DNA from: a virus | Direction: 5' to 3' (one strand) | DNA length: 49,655 nt | Virus record (IMG/VR): IMGVR_UViG_3300045988_137874 | Span: 1-49,655 of that record | Shown here: piece by piece, positions 27,987-35,523 of the stretch | Numbering within the stretch: the stretch's first letter is position 1 | Layout: every line of letters starts with the position of its first letter | The notes under the pieces: model-generated | The model's database searches: none | What the model saw: the letters and a program-made list of their open reading frames with translations, nothing else | What the model was told of the DNA's origin: nothing | Program-made: the position numbers and the translations under genes

Positions 27987-29577
27987 TTGTTTCTCTCTCT
28001 GTTTCATACTCTCTACAAAAATCAATATCTTCCCAATCAAAAGTAGGTCCGTCCCATTCTTTATAGTAATCTGTCTGTATAAAGTCTTTTATGATTTGGC
28101 GTAATACACTTCTTGTATATACTCTCTTTTTTTCTACAGTGTCATATAGACCGGATTCTGCATTATTTAGACAATACTTTACGAGTGCCCTTACTACATA
28201 ATCATCAGTTAGATTTATCTGTGTCATAGCATAATTAACTTGTGTTACTGCACCTTCTAAATCATTGTTATCTAGGAACTCTTTGATTGCATATTCGTGA
28301 GAGCCCCAACAATCAAATCTCATTAAGTGGGGGTGGTATAGGTTTTTTGTTTCTGGATTTAGGCGTGTTACTGCTGTGTCTTCTCCTATGTGTGCGTTTA
28401 TAGTCTTTGTTCTATAATTTAAGTCACACTCAGTATACACAGGTACTTCATATTTTTTCTGTATAAAGCACGCCCATAGTAAAGCTAGTTTTGGTAGAGG
28501 CTCTGTATTAAACTCTTCTAGCATTATATCTATTTTGTCAGGATCCCATTCAGTTAAGTGTGTTGCTCCTGCTATATGTACTTTTTGTTCTAGCGTATCA
28601 ACGTCTACTGTTAGATGTGAAAGATATTTACCTGCATAGCTTAATAGATTTTTGACCATCTCTTTTTGTGTTACTATAAGACTGTAATCAGGTCCTTCTT
28701 CTTTAAGTGTTAGTAATCTATCTTTAACTTCAATTATTTTATTTTGATAGTTGGTTATGTCCTCCTGTTTGTCCTTTATACGGTTTGTGTAATCTCTTAT
28801 TGTTGCGTTTGTAGCGAATAATTCTTTTTCATAACTCTTTATTACATCTTCTAGTTCCTTTTGTTTATTGTACCACGTATTAACACAGCGTTCTTTTAGT
28901 GCAAACTCTTCACTTGCACACTTCTCTTTAATACTTGCTATGGTTTTGTTTATATCATTTGTGGTGTGTAATTCTGCGAAGATACTATATGGGTTTGTTC
29001 TTATTTCTTTTGGTAGTCTGCTATAGAAATACATTAGTATCTCTAATACTGCATACTTATTTTTTGCAAAAGAATCTATAGGTGTATCCATAAAGCAGAG
29101 TGTCATTTTGGTACCATTTGGTGTTTTGTATGTTACTGCATATGTTTCTGTGCTATATAGTGTGTGTAAGAGCTGCGTGAGTGTATTATCTATTTCCCAA
29201 TCATTACTATTTGGAATTAATGCTCTTATTCGTTTTATCTGTTCTATGTCTTGTACGCTTGCACATGAAAGGTGTATCTGACTTCTATGTCTATTTGGAT
29301 TTGTGAGCGTGTGTTCTATCATTTGTATAAAATTTGTTGCTGTATTTTTATCTATTAGGATTACATCTAGACTTTTATAACTAAGTAGCGATACGCAGTT
29401 AGTTATAAATGTACGTAATTCTGTAATGTGCTCTATGTTTGGTGTTACGTTGTCTACATAAACTGGAGCATATGAGCTAGGGTTAGGTAGCATTCTGTTT
29501 AATCTTGGAAGTAAATCAAAGATGAACTCTTGATTTTCGCTATTCACATACTCCTTAAAGTTTTTATATTTTGTCAT
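27970..29577 (-). CDS. 535-aa protein with central coiled coil and C-terminal E2(UBC)-like HPH..C motif (putative E2-like conjugating enzyme or adaptor)
   Basis: The C-terminal segment NLYHPHLMRFDCWGSHEY resembles the UBC HPN-x(6-8)-Cys active-site loop. Its position between the Ubl and JAB/E1 genes fits bacterial Ubl operons. The N-terminal 400 aa are unrecognisable. Confidence 0.35.
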   Translation of the reverse strand: MTKYKNFKEYVNSENQEFIFDLLPRLNRMLPNPSSYAPVYVDNVTPNIEHITELRTFITNCVSLLSYKSLDVILIDKNTATNFIQMIEHTLTNPNRHRSQIHLSCASVQDIEQIKRIRALIPNSNDWEIDNTLTQLLHTLYSTETYAVTYKTPNGTKMTLCFMDTPIDSFAKNKYAVLEILMYFYSRLPKEIRTNPYSIFAELHTTNDINKTIASIKEKCASEEFALKERCVNTWYNKQKELEDVIKSYEKELFATNATIRDYTNRIKDKQEDITNYQNKIIEVKDRLLTLKEEGPDYSLIVTQKEMVKNLLSYAGKYLSHLTVDVDTLEQKVHIAGATHLTEWDPDKIDIMLEEFNTEPLPKLALLWACFIQKKYEVPVYTECDLNYRTKTINAHIGEDTAVTRLNPETKNLYHPHLMRFDCWGSHEYAIKEFLDNNDLEGAVTQVNYAMTQINLTDDYVVRALVKYCLNNAESGLYDTVEKKRVYTRSVLRQIIKDFIQTDYYKEWDGPTFDWEDIDFCREYETERETNETDS

Positions 29578-29591
29578 GTTTATATCCTCCT

Positions 29592-29620
29592 AAAAAAAAA
29601 TAGGGGAATGTATCCCCTAT
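29592..29620 (-). terminator. rho-independent terminator between the Ubl gene and the E2-like gene
   Basis: The 8-bp stem ATAGGGGA/TCCCCTAT (29600-07 / 29613-20) has a 5-nt loop. The A9 run at 29592-29600 gives a T9 tail on the minus-strand RNA. Confidence 0.8.
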
Positions 29621-29622
29621 TT

Positions 29623-29859
29623 CTAAAAGTTTCCGTCAGACTTAACTGTCTTTGTTAGTCTGTATTCATCAGCTTCACCTGCAAGATTTAGGATTGTTTC
29701 ATCTAGTTTGTGTTCTGGAACTGCTACTCCGTTTAGGAATGGTAGTCCAACCTCAGGCTGCATACCGTTGTCTAGAAAAGCCTGTCTTACTGTAAGTTCA
29801 CCTGGCTCAATTATTACGCTCTTTCTGTTGTGATTATCTGCTATTAGCATGTTTTTCAT
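29623..29859 (-). CDS. small beta-grasp (ThiS/MoaD/ubiquitin-like) protein candidate, 78 aa
   Basis: Size and pattern (..IIEPGELTVRQAFLDNGM....FLNGVAVPEHKLDETIL..) resemble ThiS/MoaD-type Ubls. The C-terminus is ...KSDGNF, a single Gly 2 residues from the end that JAB trimming could expose. It has a strong AGGAGA RBS. Confidence 0.45.
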   Translation of the reverse strand: MKNMLIADNHNRKSVIIEPGELTVRQAFLDNGMQPEVGLPFLNGVAVPEHKLDETILNLAGEADEYRLTKTVKSDGNF

Positions 29860-29888
29860 GATTTTATCTCCTTATCTTTTCTTTTCAT

Positions 29889-29918
29889 TAAAAAGCTGAA
29901 GAGGCTTTAAGCCTCTTC
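29889..29918 (-). terminator. rho-independent terminator overlapping the stop of the 142-aa gene
   Basis: The 8-bp stem GAAGAGGC/GCCTCTTC (29898-905 / 29911-18) is followed by a T5 run on the minus strand. Confidence 0.7.
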
Positions 29919-30335
29919 GTTTGTTGTTGGTACTGCGTCTGCGGTAACTTCTGCTGTGTCTTCAAACATCTCCAGAGTAGCGTTCACTGCAGCGTCATAC
30001 TTAACAATTGCTTCACCGAACTTAGTTAGTACAGCGTCTAGTTTAGGTAGCATAGGTGCGATAGCTTTTGCCATCTTCTCTTTGCTTACTGGCAGGTCAA
30101 ACGCAATTGTAATGTCTGTACCGTCTTTGCGTGTAGCAATTGTCACTCCGTGTACAATGTCACGTGCTGCGTTGTAGTAGTTACCATCTACAACATTTAC
30201 ACGGAATGTTTCATTTCCGTCTTCGTCCTTCAGTACGGTTGCTTCTCTGTTGTTTCTTGCAACTTCCAGTATGTGCTCTGGATCATACTTTTTTAGTTCA
30301 ATAACTGCTAGGTGCTTTAGTGTTCTAATCTTCAT
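29907..30335 (-). CDS. hypothetical protein (142 aa), monocistronic unit
   Basis: It has an AGGAGG RBS, its own upstream hairpin-motif site and its own terminator. No recognisable motif. Confidence 0.6.
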   Translation of the reverse strand: MKIRTLKHLAVIELKKYDPEHILEVARNNREATVLKDEDGNETFRVNVVDGNYYNAARDIVHGVTIATRKDGTDITIAFDLPVSKEKMAKAIAPMLPKLDAVLTKFGEAIVKYDAAVNATLEMFEDTAEVTADAVPTTNEEA

Positions 30336-30374
30336 AATTTACCTCCTTGTGAAGACTATAAAATAAACGGTATT

Positions 30375-30442
30375 GTGAGGTAAGTGTTAGTTAAGTTACC
30401 TATTGTTATTTTGTGCGTCTTACCTCACGCTCCCCGTATGGG
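30375..30442 (-). promoter_or_regulatory. hairpin-motif site C (CCCATACGGGGAGCGTGAGGTAAG on the minus strand) plus a 10-bp leader stem GTGAGGTAAG/CTTACCTCAC
   Basis: The motif lies at 30419-30442, about 95 nt upstream of the ATG at 30335. Its 3' part pairs with 30375-30384. Confidence 0.4.
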
Positions 30443-30445
30443 ACA

Positions 30446-30775
30446 TTAATAAATTTCTTTTTCCATGAACCTATATAATGTTTCAATAGCGTGTTCTATA
30501 CCTAGGTTATATGGTTCATACTTTTCTTTGTTTCTTGTGTTTCTATCAGGTCTTCTCTGGAATAGTTCACTAAAGAGCTCATAAAGTTCTTTATATTCTT
30601 CTTCAGTTACTGGACAATCCTCGTGCTCTGCATAAAACCAATCTAGTTTCATCTGACAATCTGTTAATGCTGAGTTGTAAATTTCCATAGGGTCATTAGT
30701 CCAGTCTGTGCTGTGTTTAAACCATTCCATTTCTGACTTAATGAGTGCGTGTGTTACTGCTCTCATTTTGTTCAC
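30446..30775 (-). CDS. hypothetical protein (109 aa)
   Basis: ORF with an AGGAGG RBS. No recognisable motif. Confidence 0.55.
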   Translation of the reverse strand: MNKMRAVTHALIKSEMEWFKHSTDWTNDPMEIYNSALTDCQMKLDWFYAEHEDCPVTEEEYKELYELFSELFQRRPDRNTRNKEKYEPYNLGIEHAIETLYRFMEKEIY

Positions 30776-30778
30776 CTC

Positions 30779-30997
30779 CTAGAATATAGGATTAATAGGC
30801 TTTGTACTACCGCTGGTTACAACGCCCTCAGTAGGGGACTCTGTTTCTTCTAAAGCGTCTAGTTCTTTGTACTTGGCAATCCAGCGAACTATAGCACTTT
30901 TATTTAGACAAGCACAAATAACATCATATTTAATTTCTGTCTTTCTGATGTAGTACCTCTGGCGTGGTGTAGCTAAATCCCATGTTTTAGGTAACAT
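30779..30997 (-). CDS. hypothetical protein (72 aa)
   Basis: ORF with an AGGAGG RBS. It contains hairpin-motif site E near its 3' end. Confidence 0.5.
   Translation of the reverse strand: MLPKTWDLATPRQRYYIRKTEIKYDVICACLNKSAIVRWIAKYKELDALEETESPTEGVVTSGSTKPINPIF
30816..30837 (-). promoter_or_regulatory. hairpin-motif site E (CCCCTACTGAGGGCGTTGTAAC on the minus strand)
   Basis: It lies about 40-60 nt upstream of the ATG at 30775 and shares the CCCCTAC core and a GT-TAA tail with the other sites. Confidence 0.3.
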
Positions 30998-31008
30998 AAC
31001 TAACCTCC

Positions 31009-31440
31009 TTAAACTCCTGTGTGTCCGAAGCCTTTATTGCCTCTAGTGGTTTCTGATAGTTCATATACAATATTTGGTGTAATGCGTGTATACTCCGTCA
31101 CTACCATCTGTGCAATACGGTCTCCGTCTTTAATCTGCATTACATGTTCACTCTGATTAATCAGAGGTACGTGTAACTCGCCTCTGTAGTCTGAGTCAAT
31201 AGTACCTACGCCACTTATAAGCGTAATTCCGAACTTTGATGCCAGTCCTGAACGAGCTCTAATCTGTGCCTCATAGCCTTCAGGTAGTTCAATAAACACG
31301 CCTGTTGGAATAAGCATCCTCTGCCGTGGCAAGAGCGTTATAGGTTCTTCTAATCTAGCTTTTAAGTCCATGCCTGCAGCTCCTTCTGTGGCATATTCAG
31401 GTGTGTACTTCGTGTCAGTTACTTTCATATTAATTTTCAT
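31009..31440 (-). CDS. dut: dUTP diphosphatase (trimeric dUTPase)
   Basis: All five dUTPase motifs are present: AAGMDL, RSGLA, GTIDSDYRGE, GDRIAQ and RGNKGFGHTG. Confidence 0.95.
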   Translation of the reverse strand: MKINMKVTDTKYTPEYATEGAAGMDLKARLEEPITLLPRQRMLIPTGVFIELPEGYEAQIRARSGLASKFGITLISGVGTIDSDYRGELHVPLINQSEHVMQIKDGDRIAQMVVTEYTRITPNIVYELSETTRGNKGFGHTGV

Positions 31441-31441
31441 G

Positions 31442-31747
31442 TTATATCTCCTCGCTTGCTTGATTGAGTGCTATCGTATGTATAGTGATAAGTATAACAT
31501 ATACGCCCCTAAAGATAAGGTTATTCTCTAGGAGCACGTATATAAACAGAATAGGCGTGTCTATAAAAGCTACGAGTATTGCGTCAAGAACTAACAGATC
31601 ATCTGCAAACATTAATACTATACAGCTTACAACAGCTCCAATTCCGTACAGCAGTATTTCTTCGTTACTGTGTGCCATAAATATTCGGAGCACTAATACA
31701 ACCGTTATTAAGCACTGCGTAACTCTAACTGAAACTTGAGTTTCCAT
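31442..31747 (-). CDS. small integral membrane protein (about 3 TM)
   Basis: 101 aa, strongly hydrophobic, with its stop abutting the dut start. The overlapping plus-strand ORF 31464..31739 is judged spurious. Confidence 0.5.
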   Translation of the reverse strand: METQVSVRVTQCLITVVLVLRIFMAHSNEEILLYGIGAVVSCIVLMFADDLLVLDAILVAFIDTPILFIYVLLENNLIFRGVYVILITIHTIALNQASEEI

Positions 31748-32036
31748 TATTATCCTCCGTAAATATATGCCTTCTGTTGTTGTAGTCTATCGTGAAGTCC
31801 TCGTCATTTTCGATACATTCCTTGAGGACTGTCAGAAGCTGTTCTAGACCCTCGCATATACTCTGATGCATTAGTTCTGACGCCCTACAAAAGCCGATAG
31901 TGTACATAACCTCTGGCAGGTCCTCTGCTGGCACCCCTTGTGCCTGAGTTTGCTCCAGAGCCTTCGGATATGTCATCTCTGCTCCTTCCAGTATTGTCTC
32001 TGGATTTACAGTCATATCCATAGTAATTTCATTCAT
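31725..32036 (-). CDS. hypothetical acidic protein (103 aa)
   Basis: ORF with an AGGAGA RBS just downstream of a terminator. No recognisable motif. Confidence 0.55.
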   Translation of the reverse strand: MNEITMDMTVNPETILEGAEMTYPKALEQTQAQGVPAEDLPEVMYTIGFCRASELMHQSICEGLEQLLTVLKECIENDEDFTIDYNNRRHIFTEDNNGNSSFS

Positions 32037-32056
32037 TTTAATAGTCTCCTTTCAAT

Positions 32057-32084
32057 AAAAAAAAAGTAGGGAATTATCCCTACT
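32057..32084 (-). terminator. rho-independent terminator overlapping the stop of the 158-aa early gene
   Basis: The stem is AGTAGGGA/TCCCTACT (32065-72 / 32077-84) with a 4-nt loop. The A9 run at 32057-65 gives a T9 tail on the minus-strand RNA. Confidence 0.8.
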
Positions 32085-32556
32085 TATTCTCCAAAATCTG
32101 GCACTCTGAAATAACCTCCGCAGTTGCCCTCCAGTTAACGAACTCTGGATTCTGTTCATTACGCTCCAGTCGAACGTACACTGTTGCGTCTGAGCCATTT
32201 GCAGCTTCTGGGACAGTTCTCTTGCCCATCTGCCTAATAACAGGCGCCAGGAACTGTACGAGCATCTGCCTCTGCTCTGGTACTACCTGCATGAGGCTAA
32301 ATGCTCCCACAGGCTCTTTGGTATCTAAGTTGATACCGTCAACAAAGTGAAGCAGAACTATGTCCCTGCCTGTTACTCTGCTGGTGAACATGCTGAATCC
32401 TGTGCACACTCCCTTTAAGTATACAAGGTCTGTGTCAGCACAGAGTTCATTCTGTGATAGCTCTACTGGAGCCGTAAACTCCGCAAAGCTACCTGTAGGA
32501 GCCGAAAACTCCTGAAAATTAGAATTAGTTGATTTTGTTCTGTTAATGTTAGCCAT
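32080..32556 (-). CDS. early protein, paralogue of 34942..35481 (function unknown)
   Basis: The N-terminus MANINRTKSTNSNFQE matches MANIKTVKNVNSNEMAKE in the other gene. C-terminal similarity is also visible (VVPEQRQMLVQFL / KLPEDVRKHLPLML; GSDATVYVRLE / GSDKTAIALLT). It has an AGGAGG RBS. Confidence 0.6.
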   Translation of the reverse strand: MANINRTKSTNSNFQEFSAPTGSFAEFTAPVELSQNELCADTDLVYLKGVCTGFSMFTSRVTGRDIVLLHFVDGINLDTKEPVGAFSLMQVVPEQRQMLVQFLAPVIRQMGKRTVPEAANGSDATVYVRLERNEQNPEFVNWRATAEVISECQILENK

Positions 32557-32600
32557 GATATACCTCCTAATTATATTATTGTTGTTTATGGCTGTGATAA

Positions 32601-32619
32601 CTTATACGTCCCGTAGGGG
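32601..32619 (-). promoter_or_regulatory. hairpin-motif site A (CCCCTACGGGACGTATAAG on the minus strand)
   Basis: It lies about 45-65 nt upstream of the ATG at 32556. GTCCC/GGGAC can form a 5-bp stem with a 4-nt CTAC loop. Confidence 0.4.
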
Positions 32620-32683
32620 ACTAAAATAATAAAAGAAATAAAATATTATATACTAGGTAATAATTATATTTGTAAACCTGATT

Positions 32684-32705
32684 GTTTACACATGCTCCGT
32701 AGGGG
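32684..32705 (-). promoter_or_regulatory. hairpin-motif site B (CCCCTACGGAGCATGTGTAAAC on the minus strand)
   Basis: It has the same core and orientation as site A and lies about 85 nt further upstream. Confidence 0.3.
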
Positions 32706-32862
32706 ATTTTATTGATTAAAATATAAAAATGATTAAAATTTTAGGTCTAGAAATTGTGCTCAATTTAATTGTATGTTTTTGCGTTTTCGCTAAATCGTGT
32801 GAAAACTGTGTGAAGATTTGTTTACGAATAATATGACTTTTTCAACCTGATTTGGGCTGACC

Positions 32863-32883
32863 CCCCTACAGGGGCTGTATAAG
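32863..32883 (+). promoter_or_regulatory. hairpin-motif site D (CCCCTACAGGGGCTGTATAAG), on the opposite strand to the other copies
   Basis: It is nearly identical to site A but reads rightward on the plus strand, into the 600-nt non-coding stretch 32.9-33.5 kb. Confidence 0.35.
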
Positions 32884-32894
32884 ATTTTAAAATG

Positions 32895-32916
32895 AGTGTA
32901 GCATATATAGTACACT
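32895..32916. promoter_or_regulatory. 22-bp palindromic operator-like site O1 (AGTGTAGCATATATAGTACACT)
   Basis: The AGTGTA/TACACT arms are perfect. The whole approximately 35-bp context (TAAAATGAGTGTAGCA...) recurs at 33096-33128. Confidence 0.5.
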
Positions 32917-33025
32917 AATTCACTGTTTCTACACAAAACCCATTTTATGTGATATTTAATATCATCTATTCTTCACATAATCTTCACACATTGACTCCTC
33001 GTATCTTTATAATATATAGTAGGAA

Positions 33026-33073
33026 GGTGTATATATATATCATTATATATATATTTTATGATATATATACACC
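33026..33073. repeat. AT-rich near-perfect palindrome (GGTGTATATATATATCAT ... ATGATATATATACACC), origin-like
   Basis: The arms at 33026-33043 and 33058-33073 are complementary apart from one extra AT. They are separated by a pure A/T spacer and flanked by O1/O2 and promoter-like elements. Confidence 0.6.
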
Positions 33074-33102
33074 TGGGGGTAGGTGATTATTTTGGTAAAA
33101 TT

Positions 33103-33124
33103 AGTGTAGCAAATATGTTACACT
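33103..33124. promoter_or_regulatory. 22-bp palindromic operator-like site O2 (AGTGTAGCAAATATGTTACACT)
   Basis: It has the same half-sites as O1 and lies 208 bp away, on the other side of the AT-rich palindrome. Confidence 0.5.
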
Positions 33125-33491
33125 GATTTTTTTTTTGATGAGTAAGGGTGTGGGGGGGGTACCCCTGTGAGCACGAAGCTCTCAACCAATTTTTAATATT
33201 TTAAAACTCACAGGTACATTTCGTCTAGCAGTGAGTTAGAGATACATAACAACATACGCCACAGTGGGTGAGTTTACAATAAAAGTTACTTTAGCCCACA
33301 CGGGGAGTCTGAGGGGTGAGCATCGGTCAGTTAGAGTGTGTATGGCTCTAGGTGCTTAGTACTTAATCTGTCGGGTGCTATAGCTCGTGGGGAGGTGGTG
33401 GGACGTTAACCTATCTCGTGCTATGGGAGATACAGCGATACATACAATCTTCTTCTATTGAATACACACACACACTAGAGGAACGTAGAGC

Positions 33492-34895
33492 TTATAGCCC
33501 TACGTCCTCATTATCTAGTCCTAACTCATCTAGGATACTGTTTACTCCATCTAGGCAGAAGTCAGTATCTTCATCAGGTCTATCTCTGAATAGGTTTTCA
33601 TAGGATACATCAGCACCTAGGTCTACCCAGTCACCTTTATAGGAAGTGTAACCATAATCTTCTGGAGTGTTACTATAGATGAGCTGATTCTCCAGTACGA
33701 GCTTGTCGCAGTTAGGGCAGAAGTTGTCTCTGCCTTCATCTAGGAGCATGAGTTCACCGCAGTCAGGGCAAACTCCATAAACTGCCTTACCGCCTTTGGT
33801 TTCAGGCATAGTCTCTGTGTACAGTTCTAACAGTTCCTCGTTGTTGAGGATTGTTAGCACTGCGTGACCCCACTCTGCCAGGTTCTTTGTTGGAACCTTA
33901 CGGAGCTGTTTTTCACCTGCCCAATCTAGGGACTGTAATATATCCCTAAAGTCTGAGTAGAGTTCCTCCAAATCTTCTCTACGATAGAGCACACCCTCTA
34001 CCATATATGTAGCTGGTGTTCTTTTAGCTTGGTCGTCATTAGCATTATTTTCAGCCTTTACCTTATCGTAAGGCTTGTTATATTCCCTCCAGAGCTGTGC
34101 TTCTCTGTTAGTTCCGAGCATCTTGTCTCTTTTACGGAGACTAGCAGCCTGCCTCTGTATTCTCCTATAGTAGCTCTCTCTTCGTAGAGCTTCTATGAGT
34201 TCTAGAGTGTACTGTTTTTCCTCGTAATCATCTATCTCAATTACGAGCTGGTATGGTTTTCTATCAAAGTTGGAATACTCTGTGAGAGCATATTTCTCTC
34301 TATCTGATAGGTGTAATCTACCTGACTTACGTCTACGTAAGTTTGTATACTCTGGAGACTTTAGCTGTCTCTTACCTTTGCGTATTCTTGCCTCTCTTTT
34401 AGCCTTAGCCTTTGCATGTGCTTTACGCTCTGCTAACTCATCTAACAGATGTTTAGCTGTATTATCTAGAGCTGATGATTCTTCTTTAACTCTAGTTACA
34501 TCTGTTTTTCTGTTGAGACGGTTTGCACTCCTAGCTGCTTCTTCCATAGTGTGTCCTGCTTCTAGTAAGGTGCAGATGTGGGCTGTGTGTGGGCTGTTAT
34601 CTTTCTTTAGATCTAGCCAGTATAGAGCTTTACGCTTTAGCTCTTTATCAGTTAGATGGTACATACCCCAATCATCTATAATTCCGTGTGGAACTATGAT
34701 GATGCTGTTATCATCTACATCTACGTAGCACGCTTCAGTAGCATCTAAGCTACGTATATATAGTGCATCTCCATCTTCTTCTTCAAAGTAGGACACAACT
34801 CCTACCTTGTTGTCATATATGCAAATGTAAGTTGCATCTTTGTCATTGAAATAATTGTTGCTGTTGTTGTTGTTGTTGATTGTAGTAGTTTTCAT
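33492..34895 (-). CDS. hypothetical protein, 467 aa, poly-Asn N-terminus, basic central region, C-terminal zinc ribbon
   Basis: The ORF has an AAGGAG RBS. CPDCGELMLLDEGRDNFCPNCDKL is a CxxC..CxxC zinc ribbon. The central K/R-rich region looks helical. Confidence 0.6.
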   Translation of the reverse strand: MKTTTINNNNNSNNYFNDKDATYICIYDNKVGVVSYFEEEDGDALYIRSLDATEACYVDVDDNSIIIVPHGIIDDWGMYHLTDKELKRKALYWLDLKKDNSPHTAHICTLLEAGHTMEEAARSANRLNRKTDVTRVKEESSALDNTAKHLLDELAERKAHAKAKAKREARIRKGKRQLKSPEYTNLRRRKSGRLHLSDREKYALTEYSNFDRKPYQLVIEIDDYEEKQYTLELIEALRRESYYRRIQRQAASLRKRDKMLGTNREAQLWREYNKPYDKVKAENNANDDQAKRTPATYMVEGVLYRREDLEELYSDFRDILQSLDWAGEKQLRKVPTKNLAEWGHAVLTILNNEELLELYTETMPETKGGKAVYGVCPDCGELMLLDEGRDNFCPNCDKLVLENQLIYSNTPEDYGYTSYKGDWVDLGADVSYENLFRDRPDEDTDFCLDGVNSILDELGLDNEDVGL

Positions 34896-34941
34896 TTTAA
34901 TACTCCTTTACTATTTGTTGATATAACTGTTTAGCATTAAC

Positions 34942-35481
34942 TTACTTATTTGCTAGAGCATTATCTCTAGCTATTAAAGCATCTGCTCTAGCCTGTCTGG
35001 TAAAGTCTACCTTGACATATTCTTTACCTTCCTTACTAACCTCATGAGTTAGTAGGGCTATTGCAGTCTTATCACTTCCTTCGTGATATAACTGCTCTAG
35101 GGAATTTACCCTGAGTTGGTCTAATAGACCTTTTAACATCAGAGGTAAGTGCTTACGCACATCCTCTGGTAATTTTGTGAAGAACACTACCTCATTGTAG
35201 TGTTCATCTGTTATGAGGTTTTTAGCCTCAAGTCTGAACTTGAGACCTCTAACCTTAGCTGTGTTAACGAACTCTACAGCTTTGTACTGTAGTTTGAGAG
35301 CTAGAAACTCTGCTTCTGGCTCCAGTAGCTCCGTCATTGAAACATCTATTTTGATGTCTCCATACTGCTGGAAGAATAGTTCCATTGAATTAACTTGCTG
35401 TGTCTGTGGCTTATTAGTCATAGGTGCCTCCTTTGCCATCTCATTAGAATTAACGTTCTTAACTGTTTTAATGTTTGCCAT
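34942..35481 (-). CDS. early protein, paralogue of 32080..32556 (function unknown)
   Basis: It is the first gene of the leftward arm, has an AGGAGG RBS, and shares N- and C-terminal similarity with the 158-aa protein. Confidence 0.6.
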   Translation of the reverse strand: MANIKTVKNVNSNEMAKEAPMTNKPQTQQVNSMELFFQQYGDIKIDVSMTELLEPEAEFLALKLQYKAVEFVNTAKVRGLKFRLEAKNLITDEHYNEVVFFTKLPEDVRKHLPLMLKGLLDQLRVNSLEQLYHEGSDKTAIALLTHEVSKEGKEYVKVDFTRQARADALIARDNALANK

Positions 35482-35523
35482 GATATTTACCTCCTATCTG
35501 GCTAATAAAATAAAATATAATCT

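Noticed and set aside
33373-33450. A tRNA-like start (GGGTGCTATAGCTC...) in the large intergenic region
   Set aside because: After the putative D-stem there is no complementary GAGC. No anticodon stem can be drawn, and no GTTCRANYC T-loop is present on either strand.
33418-33603. Track ORF 33418..33603 (+)
   Set aside because: It has no RBS, it overlaps the 3' end of the well-supported 467-aa minus-strand gene in antisense, and its Ser-rich composition is not protein-like.
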